DNA of 64,000 bases, taken from contig AP026134.1 in assembly GCA_030295235.1 (NCBI GenBank), positions 992,001 to 1,056,000 on the forward strand, in the 5' to 3' direction. A program made the translations under genes and the position numbers. Positions 22,623-34,000 of this stretch are shown in pieces. Each line of letters begins with the position of its first letter. Position 1 is the first letter of the stretch. The DNA is from Fistulifera solaris. Its lineage: Eukaryota. The notes under the pieces are model-generated. The model was not told the origin of the DNA. It made no database searches and saw only the letters and a list, made by a program, of their open reading frames with translations.

Positions 22623-23831
22623 ATGAAACGCTCTGTCAGTGCCAACACCCAACCATCCACAAGTCGCGAAGACAGCGCTTCCACCTTGCAACAATTATCA
22701 GAAGACTTAGCACGCAAATTAGTAATACGGACAGAAGAAAGAGTATCGCAAGTATTATCCAAGTCGGCTCTTCGAAAACGAAGTCGATTACGTGAAATCG
22801 AAACGTTTACGTTAGACGACTTGACTGTTAACGATTTTATTGCCAGCGGAGGATTTTCCGATGTCTTCGCAATCCGCTCATTCAACAAAACGACGGAACT
22901 CACATCGGAGGCGAAGAAGGACAGAGAATATGTTCTCAAGCATCTCAACCCAGGTCTCGTTGCAGATCGGCGAAAACTAGCGGTGGGGGCAAAAGATTTG
23001 GCTTTGGAAGCTCATTTCCTGTCTTCACTGGATCACAAACATATCATCGGATTGCGAGGCTGGCCCAAAGCCGGTCTTGCTAGTTTTATCGAAAGTGGAA
23101 GAATAGAAGGATTCTTTCTTGTCTTGGACCGATTGAATGAAACACTCACGAACCGCATCGGAGCTTGGCATCGAGAGGCGAAAGAACAAAGAGCCAACGG
23201 TAACATTCCATCTTCGACGCGAAGAAAATTTTTTTGCTCAGAGGCTCAAAGCTGCCATTCAAGTGGCATCCGCGCTAGAATACCTTCACGAAAATCGCAT
23301 CGTCTTTCGAGACTTGAAACCGTAAGTTCACTCTAGTCGGTGTTTTCTATTGTTCATGGGTGCCAGTTCTTTTCTTACGCAATTGATCGCAGTGGAAACG
23401 TCGGGTTCAACCAGAATAATACATTAAAACTATTTGACTTTGGACTGGCTGTCGAACTCCCGGAAGACAGTACCCTAGACTCCAGCCACAATTTGCCGGG
23501 AAAGACAGGAACTCCCCGCTATATGTCGGTAGAGGTGATAGAGGCAAAGCCGTACAACGTCAAAGCCGACGTCTTTTCCTTCTCGGTGCTACTGTGGGAA
23601 ATGATTGCTTTGCAGAAACCTTACAAAGGACTCCCCGGTGAAGTCGTCATGCAACAAGTTGTTAACAATGCGAGACCGCAAATTCCCAAGGAATGGCCAA
23701 CCGAACTTCGCGAACTACTCAAATTGGGCTGGACGGCATCCATTGAGACTAGACCGCACATGAAGGAAATACGACAAGAGCTGATGAGGATGCGAATCAA
23801 ATGCTTGTCAGAGGTTTCGCAATCTAAGTAA
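22623..23831 (+). CDS. Protein kinase, paralog of 6963-8134; frameshift at T-run near 23232; intron 23322-23392
   Basis: GGFSDVF, LALEAHFLSSLDH, FRDLKP|GNVGF (joined by a GT-AG intron), LKLFDFGLAVELP, GTPRYMSVE. Confidence 0.85.
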
Positions 23832-23986
23832 TGGCGTAACTAGCTGACGATAAGCTGTTCATTAGCAAAAATTGAATCTGAATAATTGATCATTTATAAG
23901 CCACTCCAGCGTTTGCCCTTAGATCTGTACTTTATGTCTAAACACATGCTGCCCGGCCCAAGAACATTGGAAACAGGAATAGTTGT

Positions 23987-25734
23987 TTAATACGTTTTAG
24001 CGAAAACTTCGGAATCCATCAGAGATAGTTCATGCCGCATCAGATCTACAAGAAGTCGTTCATCGTATTCCTCGCGGAGAGTATCGCGCGGCAACCAATG
24101 AACTCGGAGGTGACTCATGGCATTGAACAAATCCCAGTCCAACATGGCTGGCTTATAGGTCATTTTATTATTTTTCACTCCCCCACGCTCACTGTAGTAC
24201 AGAAACACGCTCGTTCCAGCCGGAAGAAACATGGCTGTCACGGCTCCGCCCCCACACAGAGTTACAAAAATGGAAGCATCGTGTGCGATCGTTAGTTGTT
24301 CCTGGAGCGAGTGATTCCGAAAGACGTAGCCTTCTACATGTGCTGCGGGTAAGAACTCTTTCGTAATCTGAATCTGACGTTCAAAGTCCAGATTTCGATT
24401 ATAAATGTCTGACGACTTTTGAGAAAAGACAATTCGATGGCGAATGTAGCCGTCTGCATCGACGCGGTGGTGCAACAAAAGCTCTTTCCCAATAAATCCC
24501 ATGTTGTGCATCATAAAGTTTCGGAATGTGTACAAAGAGCCTCCTCTGCCATGGTTGTGTGTAATTAAATAATCCTCTTCTTCCCATCCGTGCATTTTGT
24601 TGATGCCGTGATCGGTAAGCGATGCAATGCCGGCAACACCGGAACGGGCACAGACAATATCGGGGCCATTCGCGTTGTGCTTGTGAATTTGGAAATCTTG
24701 CGTCGTTGAGAATTGGTACGGGTAATCCTTTCCTACCAGTAAGCCAAGGAATTTGTTCATCATCTTTCGACACAATTCGGTCTTTTCGGGCCGTAAGTCA
24801 CACGACGCCCACAATCCTTTTCCACCCTTGAGGACGTAACGCATTGGAAACAAAAACGTATTGCTGAAGCCTGGGGCATCTAAATCAAGCGGGGGTAACA
24901 ATTGGAACATATCCAACAAGGTGTATATGGGAAAGAAATCATCCCATACCAAATGTCCCGGATTTGCTCCATTCATCGAATGAAAGGGTAGCCATATCAT
25001 CCATTCCGGGAGTGCGTAATATGAATCAATCGAATTTGGATCTTGTATACTGGGAAACCATTTGAGTCGCCCTATTCCATTTTCTTTGTCTCCCCATTTA
25101 AGATTGGTACCCCCAAGTGACATAGATTGGAGTGTCATGTTATTGCGACGCAGGGCGCTGGAAATATGCAGAAATTCTCTTTGTCGCAAATACTGAGCGA
25201 GTCGTTGCTCTCGCGGTGAATCAAACAAGACGAACTCTTGGGAAGTCGTGTTGAAACACAAATTATGAAATCGACAGGACCGTTGTTTCCAAGCATTTGG
25301 TTGATAATTTTCTCCGACGCAGTGGACGTGTGATGTCGGCGATCCTTTTTCTAAGTAAATGGGGACTTTGTTGAAAAATCCATCCGCCTTCCGGTTGGGT
25401 AATTTGAACCGCGCAGACGACAAAGAGGAAAATGATGTGTAATCGGAAAGAGTCAATTGATTGGATTGATTGACGATAACGGAAAGGAAAAAGGGGAAAA
25501 CAATGAATTGAGCGAAGACTACGAGAGTAAGAACTCCAACGAGTGTTACGACTCTTGTCTTTCGCATCGGAGCGCGACGCTGCTTAGATGAAAGAACGTC
25601 TATGAAAATGAGAAAAGTCGCAAAATGTTAGGGAAAAGAACAACAACAACAACAACAACAGAGAAAGGACATTTTCGGAGAAAAAACTGACCTCTTGACG
25701 GAAATCCTGGTTGTTGAGGCGACTGAAGTGACAT
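23987..25734 (-). CDS. Type II membrane glycosyltransferase, GT61/DUF563-like; intron 25691-25600
   Basis: Single N-terminal TM helix. NPGHLVWDDFFPIY, SLQEQL..AHDASIFVTLCGGGAVTAMFLP. An upstream exon from ATG 25734 splices in frame. Confidence 0.7.
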
Positions 25735-26286
25735 CTTGCCTTACAGCGTATTACCTGATCTTATCTTGAGAAGTATGTTGATGCTCTGTATAAAAGGGAT
25801 GTGATTAACATGATTAGAGGTTCAGTGTCCTTCTTTCGTTCCCTTCAAACAGATTTTGTGATGATTGATGATGCGATGACTATTTCTTGGTGTTTACTTT
25901 AGTGACTGAAATCACTCAGGCGTGCTACTGTGCCGTGAAAGTACATACTACTTTCTATGTCAGTGTCATGCTTTTACTCTCTGAGTCACGAGTTTCAGGA
26001 AGGAAATTCTTTGCGTCATGCGTCATGCGTCATGCCGTTACCTGGTACCGTACCAGAAAATCTAGTAGTTTATGTTCGGGCACACGGATATTCTGTGAGG
26101 TACGCGTGTCCTTGTTCAACCAGAAAATCTGGAAGTGCATAATATATTCAGGCACATGCACATGGATATTTTTGTGGGTCGGGGATGCACAGATGACGCA
26201 GTCGCAAGAAAAAGCGTGTCATTCTCGCTAAATGTCAAGAACGCGTATACGGAGTGTAACTCTGTAATTGTCGCAAGCCGATTGGA

Positions 26287-27013
26287 ATGAACATGAGGGG
26301 CTTCCATTATTTACTGTGCTGTGTACTGTGTGGAGTCACGCAAGCGTTCCTGGTGCATTCGCCTTCCCGCTCCATTTCATGGCTCCGGTCGGCACCGAAA
26401 GACGGAGAAGCTTCAAAACCACAGCCTTTCAGCGACAATAAACAAGATAACAAGTTTGGCTTCTTCCAAAGAATCGAATCTGTTAAATGCTTGATAGTGG
26501 GTGCTGTCAGCGGATCGATCGCTTTGGCCCCTTTGCCCTATTGCATGATTTGTGGTTGGTTCCGTCAATGGTCGATAGCAGCGGATTGGCACAATTTGAG
26601 TTCGATACCGATGCGGCTGCTGTGCAGAGCGGACTATTCGCTATTGTTTATCGCTATTGTATTCGTACGGATACGAATCCGCAACTGCAAGATGGCGTAG
26701 TGGGGGCCTTTGCTATCACAAGAACTTTGAGTCGGATTGTACTCCCTTCTTCTTGTAGTGCCATACCGCTTTATTGTAAGTTTTGCAACAGCAACGGTCA
26801 TTTGTGTTCCAAGCTATTTACAATGAAGTAAACGTCGCTCATGTGTTCTCTTGATTTGATCAACCACAAGGTGGGCCGCCATTGGGATATTTAGACTGGG
26901 GTGTCCTTGGGCAGTTGGCGGTAAATGGTGTAGAGTCCATGGCAATGTTCATGGCTACATCATCAGCGATTAGCTATTGCATGGAACGAAGGATCATAAG
27001 CAAATTCGAATGA
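26287..27013 (+). CDS. Plastid-targeted membrane protein of a conserved cyanobacterial/algal unknown family; frameshift near 26535; intron 26776-26870
   Basis: Signal peptide with TQA-FLV cleavage (ASAFAP-like). QRIESVK, GLFAIVYRYCIRTD.NPQL..GVVGAF, and spliced C|GPPLGYLDW. Confidence 0.7.
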
Positions 27014-27323
27014 AACAAAAAAACAAATAATGAAAGCAGCTGCAGAATCATGAGTCCAGACTCTCGAAGATTTATTGCCGAGAAAACTGGTTTCCGTACA
27101 AATATTAAATCGTTTTGATGTATTCACATGGCGATTTATCTCTTTGTACTTGATGCTCCCGCGAAAGAGAATACTAAGGATCTTATGAAATCATGAAAGT
27201 AAAAGCGCGTACTTGCTTTTCTTTGCCCCAGGACGGCAAACAATAGAACGAATAAAAAGACCAATTGAAAAGCGTAACACAGTTCGGTACTCTTTATTGA
27301 GGCACGATAGACTAAGAAAACAT

Positions 27324-27674
27324 TTAGTAGTCACCACCACCGCCGCCGCCACCGAACACATCCATACCGCCGCCCATGTCCATTTCTTCTTCCACTTCCT
27401 CCACAGCAGGTGCGGCGTCGCCAGCAGCATCACCTCCAGCAGCGGCACCACCGCCTCCACCGCCGCCGCCACCACCTCCAAAGGTAGCCAGCATTTCCTT
27501 GCCGGTGGCAAGAATTTCGTTCAAGTCCTTGCCTTCCAATTCTCCCATCAATTTGCTGAGAGAAGCACTGTCGACTTCGACTCCGACGGAACCGAGAGCT
27601 TTAGTGATATCATCAGCCGATGGAGAGTCATTTCCACCAAGCTTGAGAAGAAGGTAAGCAGCCAAATGTCTCAT
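27324..27674 (-). CDS. RPP2: 60S acidic ribosomal protein P2
   Basis: MRHLAAYLLLKLGGN.SPSA.DI..AL.SVG, ELEGKDL.E.LA.G, Gly/Ala hinge and acidic tail. Confidence 0.95.
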   Translation of the reverse strand: MRHLAAYLLLKLGGNDSPSADDITKALGSVGVEVDSASLSKLMGELEGKDLNEILATGKEMLATFGGGGGGGGGGGAAAGGDAAGDAAPAVEEVEEEMDMGGGMDVFGGGGGGGDY

Positions 27675-28239
27675 GTTTCTTTAGTGAATGTGGTTTTGAT
27701 TCTGTTTTACGGAAACGAGAAAAAGAGAAAAATTGCATGAGATAATGATGTATCTTGTGCGCTTCGCAATCAAACGAACCGTATTGCGATCCAACAGTTG
27801 ATGTAGACGACAATATTATGCATCTTTATAGACTTACAAGTCGATAATTTGACACTTTGCAAGCAGTTTAAGCGATGAAAGCGGCCAGCAAGAGTTGTGT
27901 CGGCCATGGTGGCTTGTCGCGCAACAGTCCGTCCTTCCCTTCGACCGTCTATCGTTTTCCAAGTAGAGCGGTAATTGGTAAGCGGTGTTTCTGTCCGTCT
28001 GTCAGAAGACTAAGTTGGTGGATAATCGCTACCACTGTGACTTTTTGCTGTTTACGTATCTTGGCGACTTTCTTCTTGACGCTTCTTTCTTCTTTTTGAC
28101 AACAACTAGTAATTTCGTCGAAGCAGCAGCACCATCGTTCGATCGACTTCTCTTCCATAACATCATCAACTAAACTCCCTTCTTGGACGGTAGGTGGCAA
28201 AGGCAAAGCCGACTGTTGATTGTGTACATTGAGTAGCTT

Positions 28240-28692
28240 TGTCACGGAAATGCGGATAGCGGGCAGACTACTAGGGACTCAGCCAATATGGCCGCACGAC
28301 CTAATGCGAATTCCGATCCCCAAATCGGAAGCATCCGAATGTAACCTCTTGGGCGAGGCCCAAGGGTCTTTGCACGATTTGGGTTGATCGTGAAGGCGTG
28401 AAAGGTTTGCAAGCAACGCGATACAAGAATGTTAGAGCCACATACGTGAGCTCAGAATTTCAAGATAAAACAAGACCTAGTCCGATGGCAGAGTGACATT
28501 CTCGGCGGAACCATCACCCAGTGAGATTCCACCTTGTTCATTTGTCGGATTTGTAAAGGCTTCATAATATTGTTGTTTGGAAAACTTTGACTGTTTATCG
28601 TCTTAGCTCTACCAGATACTTCCTCTTCTGTTGTTGCGAAACGTAGCGACTTGGTTGACAGAATTTCTGTTTCTGTCCGTCGATACGTGAGA
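28240..28692 (+). repeat. 5' LTR (453 bp)
   Basis: TGTCACGG...CGTGAGA. By eye it is identical to the 3' LTR except for a 2-bp AG indel near 28490. Confidence 0.97.
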
Positions 28693-28706
28693 GGTTACGA
28701 GCCCAG
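28693..28706 (+). other. Primer-binding site GGTTACGAGCCCAG (half initiator-tRNA-Met type)
   Basis: Immediately follows the 5' LTR. It resembles the copia/Ty5 PBS GGTTATG[AG]GCCC with one T>C change. Confidence 0.8.
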
Positions 28707-28791
28707 ATTCACACTATCTGGTACAGTCTTTGCAGTTGTTTGATACACGTGCCCTACTTACTCCCTTTTGTCGTCTTTCGTTATTCGCATT

Positions 28792-30280
28792 ATGTCTTCC
28801 GATAGCGAAACTGATGACAGGAAACCTCCTCCGGTGACCGCCGGTACTCGACTCGCAGTTTCACCCCGGCGCCCAAAAGTCGAAAAGGATGTTCAGGCCA
28901 CTTTTTCCGAGCCCGTTCTCGCGCCAAAGTTCGGCCTTGTTCAAGGTTCTATCCCAGCTATTGGTGGTCCTCCGGATGCAAACTTTACTCGCAGTGTTAA
29001 CCTTGTGCCTGCGACGCCCTACTGCTTCCGAGATCCGAATCCTTATCGGCGCTGAGAAAAGTTTTAAGGATCGCATCGCCGGTCTCGACCCCAAGTTCAG
29101 TCCTACTGCGAATGACTACCGCCTTGTTGAGCTCAGCGGATGAAGCGTTCAACCATTGTATTACGCATGGTCTCGATACGCCGTTCTACATGAATGATCC
29201 TGCTGATCTCAGTCGTGTCATCGATCTCTTCGTGTACCATGGCAAGTTCACTTTCGACGAAGTCGCGAAGCATCTTGAAGACATGATCAAGTCCGGTGTC
29301 TTTGATCAGTACATGATCAACTCGCTTAGCGATTCGGCTGCTTTTCTGCTCAACTCGTTGGAGCTCCTTCCAGCGCCGCGATTCGTACTTCCTTGAGTTC
29401 CGGCCATGCGCTTTGGCCCTTTGGTTTGGATGAAAATCACCGAAGAAGTTCTTCCCAACGCATTTCGCCGTGTCTCAGAGCTCGGAGAAGAGTTCACCAA
29501 GCGCCACGTTGGTTGAAACTCCCGGTGAGAATGTTGCTGCTTGGGGCGAATGCGCGCAGATGGAGACTTTGCAGGAGTTGGAAGCTAATGACCAGCTCCC
29601 TCGCGACCACTTGATTATTTTGCAGCAGCAGCTGTGCAAATGTTCGGTCGGCGTTCGTGTTCACTGGCACACGAAGTTGGCATCTCTCTCCGACTTTGTG
29701 CGTCTCTCTGCCGGAAAGTCGAAGGAAGTTGCTGAAAGGATGAGCGGTTATACAAACTATCGCCGCATTCTCCATGAAGCTAAAGATTTCTACAGCACTC
29801 TTAAGGATGATTGGGGACCGGCTAAAGGAGTTGCTACTGATGTTAGTGCTAATACTGCGGCTATCAAGAGTCTCAAAGCCGAGTTCAAGACCCTCAAGTC
29901 GAAATTCGAGTCAAACGGCACTAAAACTGCCTCCTCGAAGACCAAAGACAAGAAGGCGAACAAAGACAAGGCTGCTCCGAAGGCTAGCGGTGGTGATGGC
30001 GAAAAAGCGGTGGTTCGACCGAAACTCGTTGGACTCGCATCGCCGAAGGACGGCGAGCCCACCACCATGACCAAGTACGGCAAGACTTTCTATTATTGCG
30101 CCAAGTGCAAGCGTTGGAACCAGACTCATGGAACCGGCGAGCACAAGAGCAAAGAAGAGAAGCCCGCTGATGCCAAGCCCGCCGCTCCTGCCGCTAATGT
30201 TGCTCAAGCTTGGACGGCACCCTTGCAGTTCTGTTGGGGTTCCGACAGCGATTCGAATAGGAAATCGGCAGGGAAGGTGA
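28792..30280 (+). CDS. gag: Retrotransposon gag (frame-broken in this assembly)
   Basis: Fragments 28768-29055, 29112-29396 and 29470 onward. Lys-rich C-terminus with zinc knuckle CAKCKRWNQTHGTGEH at 30097-30144. The end point is approximate. Confidence 0.75.
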
Positions 30281-31094
30281 ACCTTCGATCGAGGTCCCTT
30301 CCTGAGCCTTTTGTCCATATTTATCGGTCGTTTATTGTTGGAGCTTTTGCCGAAGCATTTTATTCTTTGCTGGTTGATTGTGGAGTGCTTTTCTTGGTGG
30401 CGTCATTTCCGTGTTGCTGCGACCATCTCGAAGTGGTTGCGTGCCCAAAGTGCCGCTCATCGTCGCTCTCTTGGTCTTCGGCCGCGATTCACGCCTTTGC
30501 CCGAGCGTCTCATCTCTCTCCCGTGTCGTTTCATGGTGCTTTCTTCGATCATGACGAGCATGTGGCGAAGTGACGCTTACGCCGAAGCGCCCCCCGGTGT
30601 TGTTTATGGAGTCAACTTGGTGCCCGCCTGGCATGGCTGCTACCAGTTTCATCCAAGTGATCGCGGCCGGCGTTGCCGACCTCCTGATCCTTCTTCATCT
30701 TCAAACGATTCGTCTTGTCAGCATGGTGAGGATGGTGTTTTTCGGTCGCCAAGCAAAATCGTTTTGTCGAAACTGCGAGAGGAGCAAACGTCGTCGAAGA
30801 CTTCGAAGCGATTCCTCGTTGGGCCTTGGAGCTTCCGGATATGATTGACAGCAATGGCCATTTGTGTACCGAGTCTTTAGATTTATCGTGTCCGCCGAAC
30901 GGGCATCCTAAGCCTTGGAACCTACTGGACGACTCTCTTCTGTTTTGCTATCCCACTGGGCATTTCTTTCCAGAGGGAGCTGCTAGTGAAAGTGAGACGA
31001 TGTTGCTTCGAGAGGGAGATAATAGTGTAGACAACTCTAAAGCCTACTTTGCACCGTACGCGAAGCTGCCCCGTCTATTTATGCCCTCCCTGCT

Positions 31095-34000
31095 TTGCAT
31101 CAAGTGCATGTCGCTGGAAAGCCTACCATGGCGGATCTGTTTCCGGTTATTTGGGATACTGGAGCCACAGTTGCTGTTACTTTCGACCGTGCTGACTTCA
31201 CGTCCTACACTCCGACTACTGGCGATAAAGTTTTGTCTGGCTTTGCTGCAGGTTCTTCGATTGCCGGCACGGGCACTCTTGAGTGGACTGTTACTCTGTC
31301 CAACGGCAAGGGCTTTACTTTTCGGATCCCTGGGCTACATGTGCCCGATGCCAATGTCCGACTCTTCAGCCCACAGTCCTACTGTCAATTGGTGAAGGCG
31401 CAACGTAACGACGAACCGCGTTTTTCAGGCGACTCGAGCCTCATTCATGTCGATCTGTTGGACGGCCACTTTCTTGATATTGTTTACTCTCCGGAAAACA
31501 ACTTGCCTACTCTGGAGATGTTCCGAAAACAATCTGTTGCTCTCAATGCTGCAAAGATTCGAAACTGTGTGACCGCTAGGCTGAGAATCAAAACTTGAGT
31601 GAAGCACAGAAATTTCTTCTTCGCTTACATTTCCGATTTGTTCACCGAAGCATGAAAAATATTCAAGCCTTGCTCAAAACCGGCGCTCTCGGAAAGTCTG
31701 CTGAAGTCAAAGCGGCGGCGCGTTGTGATATTCCCAAGTGCGCTGCTTGCATGTATGGAAAAGGAAAGCGCCAAGTCGACTGGAGCAAAATTGACCGTCG
31801 ATCGCCAATCCAAAGTTCTCTCGAAGGATATTTTAATTCCGGGCCAGAAGGTTTCAATGGATCACTTCTCTGTTTCAACGAGGGGACGTCTCTACTCTGG
31901 TTTCGGTGGTACCAAAGATGATGAGAAGTTCAAAGGCGGTGTGATTTTTGTCGATCATGCAAGTGGATTCGTGTAATGCGTCGTTCACGTTTTGAATTTT
32001 ACTGCTGGCGAGGCTTTGCCAGCCAAGTTGGAGTTCGAAAGTGCAATGGCTAATCACGGCATCACGGTGGTCCAATATCATACCGACAATGGCACGTTTA
32101 CGGCGCAGGAGTTCACAAAGCAAATTGATACGAACTACCAGTCGATGACTCTCAGTGGACCTGGTGCTCACCACCAAAATGCTGTTGCTGAGCGAGCGAT
32201 CGGAAGTATTATATCTCTTGCACGCACCACGATGCTACATGCTAAACTGCGTTGGCCGAAAGCGATTTCTTCGGATTTGTGGCCTCAGGCGATCGATTAT
32301 GTCGTTCAAAATTTCAACTACGGACCCGGGCGAAAATAATTCATCTCCGGCTGATATGATCTTCAGAACAACGACCGATCGAAAAGTGTTTGCTGATATG
32401 CATGTATGGGGATCACCCGCGTATATTTTGAACCCTCAATTGCAAGATGGGCACAAGATTCCAAAATTTGAACCTCGCTCGAGACGCTGGCGTTTTCTTG
32501 GGTTTGTCAAAGCGGCATGCATCGAATGTTCCTGTCGTTCTGAACCTAGAAACAAACCGGATTTCCGCGCAGTTCCATGTTGTTGTTGATGATTGGTTTG
32601 CCACTGTTTCGACTGTCGTTAATGAGGATGATTCTGTCGATCCGGAGACTTGGGCCGACATCTTCGCATCATCTCGCTTTCAGGTATTTTTCGATGAGGA
32701 TGATCCGATCGACTTGGATGATGAATGGTTGAGTCAAGATGAGTTGCATGTTCGAATTCAAGAGCGATCTCGCAAAATTCGAAGCGTCCAAGACACTGCT
32801 AGCCCTCCAGTTGATTTCGACAAAGTGCACCAGCGATTACGAACCGATGCCGAGCCTACAACTGAAAAGAGTTCAAACGAGCCTACATTGCAGAGGGAGC
32901 CAGAACAAAAGACAGTTACTACTCCTGTTAAATTATCTGAGCCTATTTCAAAGCCGGTTGAGCCGATTCCTGCTCCAAAGGTTGCTGTGGATGCCAAGCC
33001 TCCATCAAGTTCGCCGCGGAAGAAGACACCAGCTGTTCCTGCCGAACCTCGCCGATCCACTCGCGAGAGACGTGCTCCAAAGAGATTCAATGAATTTATT
33101 ACAAACGTTGCTTCGGTTGTTCTTGCTTCGATTCCTCGTAAACTTTCTCTTTTATTGCGTCGATTCATTCCGGCCTTGTTGCTTGTTGGGATTCGGAGAT
33201 CGGCGAGTTTGATTTGCGCGACCCTGTTGCTTTTGCGCTATGCAGCGTGCAAAGAAGCCAAAGAAAGGTTCCGATCCCGACTATCCAATGTATCATCAAG
33301 CAATGTCGTCTGCCGAATATCGAGAATGGCAAGAGGCGATGGTGAAAGAAATTCGAATGTTGGAGATGATGGGGACGTGGAAGAAAATTCAGCGAGCTTC
33401 AGTACCCGCGAATAAGCGTGATAAAATCCACTTGAGCGTTTAAACTAGCGTTCACCGGATGGGACACCCACGAAGTACAAGGCGAGGTTTTGTGTTCGTG
33501 GCGACATGGAGATAAAAGGAGTAGACTACTTGAGTCCTACTCTCCTGTCGTACAGTGGTCCACAGTTCGGTTGCTGTTAATTATGTCCATCGTCCACGGA
33601 ATGCATACCCGCCAAGTTGATTATGTCAATGCGTTTGCTCAAGCCCCTTTGCCACCTACTGAAGAGTGCTACATTGAGATGCCTCAAGGATTTCACGGCG
33701 ATGGCGAAGACACTGTTTTGATGCTCCAGAAGACGCTTTCACGGAAAGTCCGACAGTCCACTCCGATTCTTCAACTTGTTGAAGGACACTTTGGAGAAGC
33801 ATGGTTTCAAACAGTTGGTCGACATCGATGCTTGCCTGTTCGTGCACGAAAATTATTTGTTTGACTTATGTCGATGATTGCCTTTGGTTCAGTCTCGATG
33901 AAAAGTGCATGGATGACATGATTGACACTATTGACAAGGTTTTAACTTTAACTGTGGAGTCGAAAGATGTTTCCGGCGTTCTTGGGAATTCAGTTTACCC

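Noticed and set aside
25852..25913. C/D-box snoRNA-like layout (GATT-tt-GTGATGA ... CTGA-AATC)
   Set aside because: It is only 62 nt, I recognised no antisense rRNA guide, and the CTGA is part of the GTGACTGAAAT half-site of the recurrent promoter motif. A snoscan run would settle it.
27191..27740. Long alternative-frame and antisense ORFs over RPP2 and other genes
   Set aside because: These are shadow ORFs produced by Gly/Ala codon bias, with no independent protein motifs.
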